Below the pieces are notes generated by a model that saw only the letters and a list, made by a program, of their open reading frames with translations, had not been told where the DNA came from and made no database searches. Shown in pieces: positions 30,034 through 40,377 of a stretch of DNA of 64,000 nucleotides (position 1 is its first letter; each line of letters begins with the position of its first letter). The stretch lies in IMG/VR virus record IMGVR_UViG_3300027754_000042; one strand, written 5' to 3'. Origin of the DNA: a virus. A program made the translations under genes and the position numbers.

Positions 30034-31986
30034 ATGCCATTTCAAATCTCTCCCGGAGTTAACGTAAGTGAGATTGATCTTACTACGATTATTCCGGCAG
30101 TCAGCACAACAACAGGAGCTTTTGCGGGACATTACTCTTGGGGTCCTGTAGGCGTTCGCGTTCTTACTGACTCAGAAGATACGCTTGTAAATAATTTCCG
30201 CGTGCCAAACACAAACACTGCTATTGACTTCTTTACCGCTGCAAATTTTTTGTCTTACGGTAATGCGTTATATGTAGCTCGCGTGGTTCGCGATGCAAAC
30301 GCAGCAAATCGTTCAACTGATGTCACAATTGCTCGTAATTCTGTAAGTAACAACTCTCTAGCTACAAACATAATTATCAAAAACATAGATGATTATAATC
30401 AAAATTATTCAAGTGGCATTGTTTCTGCCGGATTGTGGGTGGCTAAGTACCCAGGTAACATCGGCAACACCCTTCGCGTATCTGTTTGCCTTTCATCAAA
30501 TGCTTACGAGTCTACGCTTACTGGAACCGTAGCTTTTGCTAACGGATCAACATCTGCGACAGCATCAGCAAATCAGGCTTCTCGATTGTCAGTCGGTGAT
30601 GTTTTGCTTGCTGGTCCAGATAAAACTGAAGTAATTGTTGCTGGTATTTCAGGCACTGGTACTGTAATTACTTTAAAAAATGCTTATGTTGGCAACAACA
30701 TTACACAATCTTCCGTAGTTCGTCGTTGGGAATTTCATAAGAATGTGAATGGACCACCTGGAACATCTCAAGATGCTGCTCGTCATGGTGGTAGCAATGA
30801 TGAAATGCATATTATTGTTGCCGACGAAGATGGTGTCATCACAGGTTATGCCAATACGGTTCTTGAAGTACACCAAAATATTTCAAAGGCTATTGATACG
30901 CAAAGCGAAAATGGTACAAATATTTACTTTAAGGATTATATCAATCAAAATTCTCGTTGGATTTGGTGGACTTCTAACCCAACAGGATTCCGTGCAGGCC
31001 TCGCTATTAAATCATCGGTCAACTTTAATGCCGCAACTGGAAGTACCAACAAACCAGTAAACTCTTCACTAGGTAAAGGGCGTGATGGATCACTTCCACG
31101 TGAAGCAGATTATATTAATGCATATAATCTATTCAGAAGTGCGGAAGATATTGATATTTCACTTGTTCTTGGTGGTGCATCGACACAAACACGCGCAATT
31201 CACATCATTAATAACATTGTTGAATATCGCAAGGATTGTGTAGCCGTATTATCACCACCATCGGCTTCTGTAGTAAACAACAACGCATATTCTGGTAAAG
31301 AGCAAACTGATATCATTACATTCCGCAATTTGCTACCATCAACATCTTATGCTATCATGGACTCTGGATGGAAGTATCAATATGACAAGTACAATGACGT
31401 TTATCGTTATATACCTTGTAACGGCGACGTTGCTGGTCTCATGGTTCGTACAGACAATGATCGTGATCCTTGGTGGTCTCCTGCTGGCTACAATCGCGGT
31501 GGCATTAAGAATGCTATCAAGATGGCTTATAACCCAGGTAAGGCTGATCGTGACCAGCTATACAAGAACGGTATCAATCCAATTGTGACGTTCCCAGGTC
31601 AGGGTACAATTTTATTTGGTGATAAGACAATGCTTTCAAAGCCATCAGCTTTCGACCGCATCAATGTTCGTCGTCTATTCATTGTGCTTGAAAAAGCCAT
31701 TGCAACTGCTGCTAAGTTCACATTGTTTGAATTCAACGATGCATTCACACGCGCACAGTTCAAGGCTCTAGTAGAACCATTCCTTCGTGACGTTCAGGGG
31801 CGTCGTGGTATCACGGACTTCCGTGTGGTTTGCGACGAAACAAACAACACAGGCGAAGTTATCGACCGCAATGAGTTTATTGGTGATATCTACATCAAGC
31901 CAGCTCGTTCAATTAACTTCATTCAGCTTAACTTCGTGGCAGTACGTTCAGGCGTAGATTTCACCGAAGTGGTAGGAAAGTTCTAA
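30034..31986 (+). CDS. gp18: Tail sheath protein gp18
   Basis: SPGVNVSEIDLT, W.SPAGYNRG, FDRINVRRLF, KPARSINFIQLNFVA. Confidence 0.97.
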   Translation: MPFQISPGVNVSEIDLTTIIPAVSTTTGAFAGHYSWGPVGVRVLTDSEDTLVNNFRVPNTNTAIDFFTAANFLSYGNALYVARVVRDANAANRSTDVTIARNSVSNNSLATNIIIKNIDDYNQNYSSGIVSAGLWVAKYPGNIGNTLRVSVCLSSNAYESTLTGTVAFANGSTSATASANQASRLSVGDVLLAGPDKTEVIVAGISGTGTVITLKNAYVGNNITQSSVVRRWEFHKNVNGPPGTSQDAARHGGSNDEMHIIVADEDGVITGYANTVLEVHQNISKAIDTQSENGTNIYFKDYINQNSRWIWWTSNPTGFRAGLAIKSSVNFNAATGSTNKPVNSSLGKGRDGSLPREADYINAYNLFRSAEDIDISLVLGGASTQTRAIHIINNIVEYRKDCVAVLSPPSASVVNNNAYSGKEQTDIITFRNLLPSTSYAIMDSGWKYQYDKYNDVYRYIPCNGDVAGLMVRTDNDRDPWWSPAGYNRGGIKNAIKMAYNPGKADRDQLYKNGINPIVTFPGQGTILFGDKTMLSKPSAFDRINVRRLFIVLEKAIATAAKFTLFEFNDAFTRAQFKALVEPFLRDVQGRRGITDFRVVCDETNNTGEVIDRNEFIGDIYIKPARSINFIQLNFVAVRSGVDFTEVVGKF

Positions 31987-32029
31987 TTTAGGCGAATAAA
32001 TAGAAAGAAAAGGTAGGGAGACAAATAAT

Positions 32030-32638
32030 ATGCCCTTTAATGTTAATACATTCGCTTCGCTAGGACTTCCGTATGGTGGCGCAAGAGCATCTCTTTTCGA
32101 GGTGTTCTTGACACTACCACAGGGCCTTTCAAATCCTACGGCAGAAGCACAGTTTCGATTTGTCTGTAAAGCCTCGTCGATTCCACAATCAACAGTAGGG
32201 CAAATTGAAGTGCCCTACTTCGGTCGCAAAGTTAAAATGGCTGGTAATAGAACATTTGATAATTGGACCGTAACTATTATGAACGACGAAGATTTTGAAA
32301 TGCGTCATGCGTTCGAAGAATGGTCAGCAGCAATTAATAGTCATGTAAATAATCTTCGTGACTCTGCTCTTATCTTTGAATCTGGACAGGCAGCATATCG
32401 CTCACGCGCTACTGTTCGTCACTACGCAAAGACAGGTGTATATGGTTCTGGTACAGCAGCCGGTGATGCAGCTATTCCAACACGCCAATACACATTCAAT
32501 AACATCTTCCCTCTAAACATTTCAAACATTGATCTAAACTGGGAAACAACAGACGCGATTGAAGAATTTACCGTGGAGTTCGCATACGATTATTGGACAG
32601 TTGAGGCTGATCTACTCGGCAACTTGATTGACAATTAA
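32030..32638 (+). CDS. gp19: Tail tube protein gp19
   Basis: GGAR.SLFEV, YFGRKVKMAGNRTFDNWTVTIMNDEDF, IEEFTVEFAYDYW. Confidence 0.95.
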   Translation: MPFNVNTFASLGLPYGGARASLFEVFLTLPQGLSNPTAEAQFRFVCKASSIPQSTVGQIEVPYFGRKVKMAGNRTFDNWTVTIMNDEDFEMRHAFEEWSAAINSHVNNLRDSALIFESGQAAYRSRATVRHYAKTGVYGSGTAAGDAAIPTRQYTFNNIFPLNISNIDLNWETTDAIEEFTVEFAYDYWTVEADLLGNLIDN

Positions 32639-32687
32639 GATCGCTTTAGTTTTCCTATATAATTGATTAGACCTTGAAGGAAAATAA

Positions 32688-34529
32688 ATGGCGATTGAAC
32701 TTTTTGGATTCCGTATTGGGAAAGCAGACGATGGTACTGAGGTCAAACAGGCCGAACAGATACCTTCGTTTGCTCCTCCACCAAATACCGATGGTGCGCT
32801 TGAAGTAGCGCCTGGCGGCGCATACGGCACTTACGTCGATTTCGAAGGTACTGCAAAAAGCGAAGCGGATCTAGTAACCCGCTATCGCGAAATGGCGTTG
32901 TATCCGGAAGTAGAAGCAGCCATTGATGATATCGTCAATGAAGCAATCATCACTGATGATAATGCTGAACCCGTATCGCTGGATATGGATGATTTAAAAC
33001 AACCAGAATCAATCAAAAAGAAAATTGAAGAAGAGTTCAAGACAGTCCTTGAGCTATTGGACTTTTCTAATCTTGCTTACGATATCTTCCGTCGTTGGTA
33101 TGTTGATGGGCGCATGTTCTATCACATCATGGTAGACGTAAAGAATCCACGCGCAGGTATCCAAGAACTTCGCTACATTGACCCAAGACGCATTCGCAAG
33201 ATTCGCCAGCCAATCAAGCGCACACCAATCGTTGGTACCAATGCGAAGCTTATCGTTCCACCATACGAAGAATACTTCCTTTATAACGTAGCGGGTCTTC
33301 AGTCTGGTACAGCCACACAAGGCGTAAAGATTGCTAAGGATTCTATCTGCTACACACACAGTAGCATTATGGATCATCGTAATCGTATGGTCCTTTCTCA
33401 CCTTCACAAAGCAATCAAACCACTCAATCAGTTGCGTATGTTGGAAGATGCGGTAGTTATCTATCGCCTCGCTCGCGCACCCGAGCGTCGCATTTTCTAT
33501 ATTGACGTTGGTAACTTGCCTAAAGCAAAAGCCGAGCAGTATGTCCGTGATATGATGGTTCGTCATAAGAACCGTCTTGTCTATAATGCTGAAACTGGTG
33601 ACGTACAAGATACCCGTAAGTTCATGACAATGTTGGAAGACTATTGGCTTCCCCGTCGTGAAGGTGGTCGTGGTACTGAAATTACTACACTACCAGGTGG
33701 TGAAAACCTTGGGCAGATGGACGATGTTGAATACTTCCGTAAGAAACTCTATAAGTCACTAGCCGTTCCTGTGTCTCGTCTTGAGCCAGAAGGCACATTC
33801 TCTATGGGTCGTCAAGGAGAAATTACTCGTGACGAAGTAAAATTTGCTAAGTTCATTGATCGTCTACGTCACAAGTTTGCTCATCTGTTTGACCATCTTC
33901 TAGAAATTCAGCTCGTTCTCAAGGGTGTAATGACCCGTGAAGAGTGGAAAGAATTGAAGAACGATATCCGCTATGATTTCCAACGCGATAACTATTATTC
34001 AGAAATGAAGGAACAGGAAGTTCTTAACCAGCGTCTTGCAACTCTACAAGTCGTTGATAATTACGTTGGTAAATATTATTCTGTCGAGTGGATCCGTAAG
34101 CACGTTCTTCGTCAGACTGAGGAAGAAATCAAAGAAATGGATAAACAAATTGCATCTGAACCAGATCCTCAGGCTAATGAAATGGAAATGCAGAAGCAAG
34201 ATCATCAACAGCAAATGCAAAAAACTCAGCAACAGATGGACATGCGAGACATGGAAATTAGAGGCAAAGAGTTGGATGTTAAAGCTGCTTCGCTAGGTTC
34301 TAAGAATGGTCCAGCTAATGTAAAACCGGCACCAGCAAAAACACAGAAAGTTGAGATCAAATTATCTGGTGATAAGAAAGCCTCTGTCAAGAAAGAAGAA
34401 TACGAACCGTTTGTGCCAAAGCCTCTTACCGAAGAAGATAAACGTCTTATTGAAAGAATGACTGCGGTTATGGAACACGTGGCACATGAGGACCTTGAAG
34501 AAGTGGAAGAGATCAAGGATGCCATCTAA
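32688..34529 (+). CDS. gp20: Portal protein gp20 with a Gln/Lys-rich C-terminal extension
   Basis: LFGF, YRLARAPERRIFYIDVGNLP, EDYWLPRREGGRGTEITTLPGG. Confidence 0.97.
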   Translation: MAIELFGFRIGKADDGTEVKQAEQIPSFAPPPNTDGALEVAPGGAYGTYVDFEGTAKSEADLVTRYREMALYPEVEAAIDDIVNEAIITDDNAEPVSLDMDDLKQPESIKKKIEEEFKTVLELLDFSNLAYDIFRRWYVDGRMFYHIMVDVKNPRAGIQELRYIDPRRIRKIRQPIKRTPIVGTNAKLIVPPYEEYFLYNVAGLQSGTATQGVKIAKDSICYTHSSIMDHRNRMVLSHLHKAIKPLNQLRMLEDAVVIYRLARAPERRIFYIDVGNLPKAKAEQYVRDMMVRHKNRLVYNAETGDVQDTRKFMTMLEDYWLPRREGGRGTEITTLPGGENLGQMDDVEYFRKKLYKSLAVPVSRLEPEGTFSMGRQGEITRDEVKFAKFIDRLRHKFAHLFDHLLEIQLVLKGVMTREEWKELKNDIRYDFQRDNYYSEMKEQEVLNQRLATLQVVDNYVGKYYSVEWIRKHVLRQTEEEIKEMDKQIASEPDPQANEMEMQKQDHQQQMQKTQQQMDMRDMEIRGKELDVKAASLGSKNGPANVKPAPAKTQKVEIKLSGDKKASVKKEEYEPFVPKPLTEEDKRLIERMTAVMEHVAHEDLEEVEEIKDAI

Positions 34530-34531
34530 CC

Positions 34532-35818
34532 ATGGAAGAGCTGGAAAAAGCTAAACTCCTTGCCGTTGCACAAAAGATTGCAAAATCCGAAGTTGCCGAA
34601 GTTCGCAATGAGTTAATAGAACAAATCAATAAAATTCAATCAATTACTCCTGCGTCTGGTATTCCCGGGCGGGGGATTATTGACGTTGCACTAATTGAAG
34701 AGGAGTTAGTTCTTCAATTCAACGACGGATCATTTGCAAATCTTGGGCGCATAATCGGTGAGCAAGGCATCCAAGGAATTCGCGGAGATCAAGGTTTACA
34801 AGGCAAGCAGGGTATCACTGGTGAGCAAGGTATTCAAGGTGAGCAGGGTATTCCTGGAATTCAAGGCGAGCAAGGTATTCAAGGAGATAAAGGTAACCGT
34901 GGGGATCAAGGACCTCGCGGTGAAAAGGGAGAGAAGGGAGATACCGGTGACAGAGGCGAACAAGGAATTCCTGGTAAACGCGGAGAACGCGGAGAACAAG
35001 GACCAGCAGCTATTGACGGAGCCGCTGGACGTGATGGAGCAAAAGGCGCAACAGGAGCGCGAGGGGATCAAGGTCTTCCTGGCAGAGATGGCAAAGACGG
35101 AAAGAGCGGCAAAGACGGGCTAGCAGGACCAAAAGGTGATAAGGGAGATGCAGGAGAAAAAGGTGATAAAGGTGATCCTGGCTCTGACGCAGAAGTATCT
35201 AAACTAGAAAAGAAACTAAGTGAATTTAGTGAACAGGTTGATAAGAGACTATCAAAGGTAGCTTTCAATGTGGCTGCTAAAGGCGGTCCTGCTGGTTCTG
35301 GTGAAGTTAAGCTTTATCGCTTAGACGATGTTGATTACACTAGTGTTCGCGCACCAACAAATGGGCAAGCACTTGTTTGGAATGTGTCTGTTGGGAAATG
35401 GGCAGCTGGTACTATTGCTGCTAGTAGTGGTGGTGGAAATACTGGAGGCGGTGGTACAACTAATGTCTCATCATATCTTCAAGTAGCTAATGCTAATGCA
35501 AAGTTTGCTACCAAAGCATATGCAGCAGCAAACTCGTATGTTAAATCTACATTAGCAAATACCAATTCTTATATCGCAACTAAAGCTTCGTGGTCTTCTC
35601 TTACTGCAACCAACACCGCAGTTCGCGCACTTGCAATAACAAAGCTTGCTGTTGCAAACGCATTTAGTTCGCTTACCAAGTATGCAGCAAATACAGGAAC
35701 AATTACCGTAAGAACAGATGATGTAAAAATAAACGACGCGATTCCTATCAACCCTGCTGGGCTATTGGCTATCGTTTTGCCAGACGGAACCACGGTAAAG
35801 ATTCCATATTGGACATAA
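34532..35818 (+). CDS. Collagen-like (G-X-Y repeat) virion protein
   Basis: Long continuous G-X-Y run (GEQGIQGIRGDQG...GDKGDPG) followed by GSGEVKL.RLDDV and a ANTNSYIA-type fibre tail. Confidence 0.8.
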   Translation: MEELEKAKLLAVAQKIAKSEVAEVRNELIEQINKIQSITPASGIPGRGIIDVALIEEELVLQFNDGSFANLGRIIGEQGIQGIRGDQGLQGKQGITGEQGIQGEQGIPGIQGEQGIQGDKGNRGDQGPRGEKGEKGDTGDRGEQGIPGKRGERGEQGPAAIDGAAGRDGAKGATGARGDQGLPGRDGKDGKSGKDGLAGPKGDKGDAGEKGDKGDPGSDAEVSKLEKKLSEFSEQVDKRLSKVAFNVAAKGGPAGSGEVKLYRLDDVDYTSVRAPTNGQALVWNVSVGKWAAGTIAASSGGGNTGGGGTTNVSSYLQVANANAKFATKAYAAANSYVKSTLANTNSYIATKASWSSLTATNTAVRALAITKLAVANAFSSLTKYAANTGTITVRTDDVKINDAIPINPAGLLAIVLPDGTTVKIPYWT

Positions 35819-35833
35819 ATATTCATGAGTTTT

Positions 35834-35841
35834 TATAAATA
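35834..35841 (+). promoter_or_regulatory. T4-type late promoter TATAAATA
   Basis: Exact motif, intergenic. Confidence 0.8.
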
Positions 35842-35864
35842 GATTATTATAGAAAGGTTTAATT

Positions 35865-36062
35865 ATGGAAGAGATTCAACAAGCAATTCAAGCAGCCGCT
35901 TCATCAGATGCCAACGCATTTCGCGAGCATATTGGTGCTGCATTGTCTGCAAAGATTTCAGACGCTCTTGATCTGAGACGAATCGAAATTGCGTCCAACA
36001 TGCTTGCACCTCAAGAAGAGGCTTTAGAAGATCAGGAGATCGTATCAGATGAAGACGTTTAA
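35865..36062 (+). CDS. Prohead core protein, gp67-like
   Basis: Small acidic protein between gp20 and gp21; KI.DALD.RR.EIA motif. Confidence 0.65.
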   Translation: MEEIQQAIQAAASSDANAFREHIGAALSAKISDALDLRRIEIASNMLAPQEEALEDQEIVSDEDV

Positions 36063-36627
36063 GCAACTCCGCGAAGCGGTAACAAAGAAAGATGCAGAAT
36101 CTGATGCTCTAAAGCCTCGTGCTAAGGGTGAACAAAATTTTGCAAATGCACATGCACAAACAGTAACAGATTACCCAGCAGAAGGCGATGCTTTTGAGAC
36201 CGACGACAAGATTGCAAAATCAAAGCATCATGGTGTAGGTGGTGAGCGTAGTGTTATCAAGCAGGGCACATCGGACCTAGCAGATAAGTCTGGCTTCAAG
36301 GGGCAACAAACAAAGACACGCGCAAACGCCACAAATGCGTCTAGCGATAAGACACCAATCCGTGGTCCATCATCCGTGCAAGCGTATGCGGAAGAAGTAT
36401 TCAGCGAGCGTTCTACCATCACAGAATCAAGCGAAGACACATATGAGATCGAGCTTGAAAATGGTGACGTTGTAGAGGTAAACGAAGAAACACTTGATAT
36501 CATTACCGATACTTACTCAAGACTAAATGTTGAAAATCAGGAAATGTTCCGTGATATGATTAACCAGAGCGCCGATTCATTCTCAACGATTATGGATTTC
36601 GTTGCTTCAAACGTAGAAGTGGAGTAA
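36049..36627 (+). CDS. Prohead core / internal head protein
   Basis: MKTFKQLREA N-terminus typical of T4-like head-targeted proteins; synteny. Confidence 0.6.
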   Translation: MKTFKQLREAVTKKDAESDALKPRAKGEQNFANAHAQTVTDYPAEGDAFETDDKIAKSKHHGVGGERSVIKQGTSDLADKSGFKGQQTKTRANATNASSDKTPIRGPSSVQAYAEEVFSERSTITESSEDTYEIELENGDVVEVNEETLDIITDTYSRLNVENQEMFRDMINQSADSFSTIMDFVASNVEVE

Positions 36628-36630
36628 CTC

Positions 36631-37044
36631 ATGGCTGCTAATAACGAAGGCATTATGAACAAGCAAACCAAAGGTGGTTGGATTATTGCTAAGTTTCATA
36701 ACAGCGGCGGAATCAAACCAAATGCGGTAGACGCAACGACAAACGGCACTCCAGTATGGGGTGCTAATTCTGCTGGTGAAACAGTTCGTTCAATGAATAT
36801 TATTTCAGCCGAAGTTAATTGTGGTGGTGCTAATAATGTGTATTTTGAAATCAAGCGCGGCGCAAGCATGGTTCTTGTCCTTTCTGGTCAAGCTTATCAC
36901 GATTTATCAGATAGTCGTTTGATTGACAATACAACCGCAATGTCAACGTCAAACGTGACAGTTACCAAAGTAAATACTGGTCCCGGCACTCTTATTTTAA
37001 AATTACATAAGACAGTAGCTATTTCAGGGGGCTCTGCTTACTAA
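36631..37044 (+). CDS. Hypothetical head-cluster protein
   Basis: GGAG RBS; coupled to gp21. Confidence 0.6.
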   Translation: MAANNEGIMNKQTKGGWIIAKFHNSGGIKPNAVDATTNGTPVWGANSAGETVRSMNIISAEVNCGGANNVYFEIKRGASMVLVLSGQAYHDLSDSRLIDNTTAMSTSNVTVTKVNTGPGTLILKLHKTVAISGGSAY

Positions 37045-37700
37045 TGAAGCTAATCTGTGAACTAAACGAAAGCGATATTCAAATCGTAACAGAGGCTACC
37101 GAGTCTGGTGAAAAGAACTTCTACATCGAAGGCATTTTCATGCAAGCTGGTATTCAAAACAAAAACGGTCGAGTTTATCCCGTTGATGTTGTCTCACGCG
37201 AAGTCGATAGGTACCGTGGTGCATATATCGACACTAACCGTGCATATGGTGAACTAGGCCATCCTGCAGGTCCAAACATTAATCTAGAGCGCGTATCACA
37301 CATGATAAAAGACCTTCATATGGAAGGTTCTAATGCTATTGGTCGTGCGAAGATCATGGACACACCATACGGTAAGATCGTCAAGGATCTTATGAAGGAA
37401 GGCGCCAATCTTGGTGTCTCGTCACGCGGTATGGGAACACTCACAAAGAGAAATGGTATCATGGAAGTAGGTAGCGATTTCTATCTTGCTACCGCTGCTG
37501 ATATCGTTGCTGATCCTTCTGCACCACAAGCGTTTGTTCGTGGTATCATGGAAGGCAAAGAATGGATTTGGGAAAACGGCGTTCTGCATGAACGCGAGAT
37601 TGCTGAGATTCGAGACGACATTGAAGACGGTTATGCTACCACTCGCAACAAAGAAGAGGTAATGATTGAGGCTTTTAAAAAGTTCTTATCAAAACTCTGA
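37044..37700 (+). CDS. gp21: Prohead protease gp21
   Basis: YIEGIFMQ, NKNGRVYP, GELGHP, GVSSRGMG, DIVADPSAP. Confidence 0.96.
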   Translation: MKLICELNESDIQIVTEATESGEKNFYIEGIFMQAGIQNKNGRVYPVDVVSREVDRYRGAYIDTNRAYGELGHPAGPNINLERVSHMIKDLHMEGSNAIGRAKIMDTPYGKIVKDLMKEGANLGVSSRGMGTLTKRNGIMEVGSDFYLATAADIVADPSAPQAFVRGIMEGKEWIWENGVLHEREIAEIRDDIEDGYATTRNKEEVMIEAFKKFLSKL

Positions 37701-37703
37701 TTT

Positions 37704-37711
37704 TATAAATA
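37704..37711 (+). promoter_or_regulatory. T4-type late promoter TATAAATA
   Basis: Exact motif upstream of gp22. Confidence 0.85.
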
Positions 37712-37747
37712 ACATAAGAAACATTTTTTGATAACACCTGAGGAGAA

Positions 37748-38845
37748 ATGAATATGTCAGTTCAGGACACAAATGTCGATAAGCTCGACGTACAAGAAGC
37801 AAAGAGAGCGAGCTTCGGCGTTAATGCTGAGGTTCCTGAGCCTACTGGAGCAAATGCATCACCTCCCGGTGGTTCACAGAATTCTGGTGATAGAACAAAC
37901 CCAATGCAGGGTTCTAGCGTTAAGCCATATACAAAGGTTGGTATGATTAACAATATGATCCAAGCTCTTTCAGGAATGAAGAAGGCCGAAGTATCCATGG
38001 CTTATGATTCATTCAATGGCGATAAGACAAACCCAATGCAGGGTTCATCTGTTAATCCAAAGGGTCGCATGGCTGAGTCCAAGATTGCCCGTCTAACAAA
38101 GGAAGACCTCGACGTGTCCGATGATATCAAGGCCATTTTTGAAGGCACCGACGTTTCTGCTGATTTCATTGCTCGCGCAACTGAAGTATTTGAAGCAGCC
38201 GTTCTAACCAAGGTCAATGAGCAGATTTCTGTTCTTGACGAAAGATTTGAATTGGCTCTATCCGAAGAAACAGAAAGCCTAGGCGAGTCACTAGTTGAGC
38301 GCGTAGACACATATCTTGACTATGTTGTTGAGAGTTGGATGGAAAATAATGCCGTTGCTGTAGAGCGCGGTCTAAAGGCTGAGATCGTAGAAGGTTTCAT
38401 GAAGGGTCTTAAGGATCTATTCACAGAACACTACATCGACATTCCAGATGAAGCCGTTGATGTAACCGAAGAACTAGCTGACCAGGTTGAAGTTCTCGAG
38501 GCTGTTATCAACGAAGAAATCGAAAAGAATATTGAGCTAACAGCTCAGATCAAAGAATTTGAGCGTGTAATTGCGTTCAATGAAGTTTCAGAAGGTCTTG
38601 CAGATACGCAGTACGCAAAACTACAATCGCTTTCTGAAGCAGTTGACTTCGATGACATTGAGTCATACCAGAAGAAGATTGCTACCCTTCGTGAGAGTTA
38701 CTTCCCAACAAGGGGTTCGGCCGGCCCCCTAAACGAAAGTGTAACACTCGATGAGGAACCAGTGGGCGAAGAAATCGCTGAAAAGCAGGTTCCAGGCGAA
38801 ATGGCTGCTTACATGTCTGCGATTACTCGCGGTATCAGAAAGTAA
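37748..38845 (+). CDS. gp22: Prohead scaffold protein gp22
   Basis: FEAAV, VD.YLDYVVE.W, LKDLF.EHYIDIP, LRESYF, MAAY..AI; upstream of gp23. Confidence 0.92.
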   Translation: MNMSVQDTNVDKLDVQEAKRASFGVNAEVPEPTGANASPPGGSQNSGDRTNPMQGSSVKPYTKVGMINNMIQALSGMKKAEVSMAYDSFNGDKTNPMQGSSVNPKGRMAESKIARLTKEDLDVSDDIKAIFEGTDVSADFIARATEVFEAAVLTKVNEQISVLDERFELALSEETESLGESLVERVDTYLDYVVESWMENNAVAVERGLKAEIVEGFMKGLKDLFTEHYIDIPDEAVDVTEELADQVEVLEAVINEEIEKNIELTAQIKEFERVIAFNEVSEGLADTQYAKLQSLSEAVDFDDIESYQKKIATLRESYFPTRGSAGPLNESVTLDEEPVGEEIAEKQVPGEMAAYMSAITRGIRK

Positions 38846-38885
38846 GTTTTTATAACATTAGTTGAAATCAATAAGGAGAACTAAC

Positions 38886-40277
38886 ATGCAATCTCTGAAT
38901 GAACAAGTTCAGAAAAAGTGGCAGCCAGTCCTGGAGCATAATGACCTTGCTCCAATTCAGGACGCGCATCGCCGCTCAGTAGTAGCACAGCTTCTAGAAA
39001 ATCAGGAAAAGTCTGCTCGCGAACAAGGTTTTGGATCTGGTGGTTACCAGGCTCCATCACTACTAGGTGAAACAGCTCCAACAAACGCTATGGGTGCTTC
39101 GTCATCTTCAGCCGCAGCTGGTTCTATCGACACATTTGATCCAGTGCTTATCTCATTGGTTCGTCGTTCTATGCCTAACCTAATTGCGTATGATATCTGC
39201 GGCGTTCAGCCAATGACAGGTCCAACAGGACTTATCTTTGCAATGCGTTCACGTTACACATCACAGACTGGCACAGAAGCTCTCTTCAACGAGGCTAACA
39301 CAACCTTCTCTGCATCTGCTAAGGGTAATACAGCATCTTCATTCGTTGTTGCTAACACCTCAGTACGTTCACAGTCTGGTTCTGATCCAACTGGTCGTGT
39401 TACAGCCGGTGCTGCTGGCTATAACATGTCAACAGGTATGACTACTGCTCGTGCAGAAGCTCTTGGTGACGGTCGTGGTAACGATTTCCAGGAAATGGCA
39501 TTCAGCATTGAGAAGGTTGCTGTAACCGCAGTTAGCCGCGCTCTCAAGGCAGAATACACAATGGAACTTGCACAGGATCTTAAGGCCATTCACGGTCTTG
39601 ACGCTGAGCAGGAACTATCAAACATTCTTGCTGCTGAAATCCTTGCTGAAATCAACCGTGAAGTTGTTCGTACAATCAACTACACTGCTACAGCCGGCGC
39701 TCAGGAAAACGTAACTTCAACTGGTACGTTTAACCTAGACGTTGACTCTAACGGTCGTTGGATGGTAGAAAAGTTCAAGGGGCTATTGTTCCAGATTGAA
39801 CGCGAAGCTAACCAAATTGCCAAGGCAACTCGTCGTGGTAAGGGTAACGTAATCATCTGCGGTTCTGACGTAGCTTCGGCTCTTCAGATGGCAGGCGTTC
39901 TTGATTACACTCCAGCTCTTGCAAACAATCTAAACGTGGACGACACAGGCAATACCTTCGCTGGTGTTCTTGGTGGTCGTATCAAGGTTTACATTGATCC
40001 ATACTTCTCTTCTGCATCTGGTAAGCAGTATTTCACAATCGGCTATAAGGGCTCTTCAGCATTCGACGCTGGTCTGTTCTATTGCCCATACGTACCACTT
40101 CAGATGGTTCGTGCGGTTGGTGAAAACACCTTCCAGCCAAAGATCGGCTTCAAGACTCGTTACGGAATGGTTGCAAACCCATTTGCAACGACAGATGCCA
40201 CTGGTGCTATCGGTGCGTTCGGCGATGCCCGCGCAAACCTTTACTACCGCTTTGTGCAGGTCACAAACCTTATGTAA
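38886..40277 (+). CDS. gp23: Major capsid protein gp23
   Basis: KWQPVLEH, LISLVRR.MPNLIAYDICGVQPMTGPTGLIFAMR, RALKAEYTMELAQDLKAIHGLDAE; AAGGAG RBS favours ATG 38886. Confidence 0.98.
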   Translation: MQSLNEQVQKKWQPVLEHNDLAPIQDAHRRSVVAQLLENQEKSAREQGFGSGGYQAPSLLGETAPTNAMGASSSSAAAGSIDTFDPVLISLVRRSMPNLIAYDICGVQPMTGPTGLIFAMRSRYTSQTGTEALFNEANTTFSASAKGNTASSFVVANTSVRSQSGSDPTGRVTAGAAGYNMSTGMTTARAEALGDGRGNDFQEMAFSIEKVAVTAVSRALKAEYTMELAQDLKAIHGLDAEQELSNILAAEILAEINREVVRTINYTATAGAQENVTSTGTFNLDVDSNGRWMVEKFKGLLFQIEREANQIAKATRRGKGNVIICGSDVASALQMAGVLDYTPALANNLNVDDTGNTFAGVLGGRIKVYIDPYFSSASGKQYFTIGYKGSSAFDAGLFYCPYVPLQMVRAVGENTFQPKIGFKTRYGMVANPFATTDATGAIGAFGDARANLYYRFVQVTNLM

Positions 40278-40334
40278 TAAAAACCTCGCTGATTCAAAGG
40301 CGAGGCAATACAAGACGGGTTCAAACCGCAAACT

Positions 40335-40362
40335 GGGAGGGCAGAAATGCTCTCCCTTTTTT
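40335..40362 (+). terminator. Rho-independent terminator after gp23
   Basis: gggagggca-gaaa-tgctctccc followed by tttttt. Confidence 0.88.
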
Positions 40363-40364
40363 AT

Positions 40365-40372
40365 TATAAATA
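40365..40372 (+). promoter_or_regulatory. T4-type late promoter TATAAATA for gp3
   Basis: Exact motif 5 nt before ATG 40378. Confidence 0.8.
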
Positions 40373-40377
40373 GTCGT

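Noticed and set aside
32628-32663. TTGACA...TATAAT upstream of gp20
   Set aside because: The spacer is about 24 bp, incompatible with sigma70.
39964-40377. N-terminal extension of the gp3 ORF overlapping gp23, suggesting a frameshift fusion
   Set aside because: It crosses a strong terminator, and a late promoter sits right before ATG 40378; no slippery site was evident.
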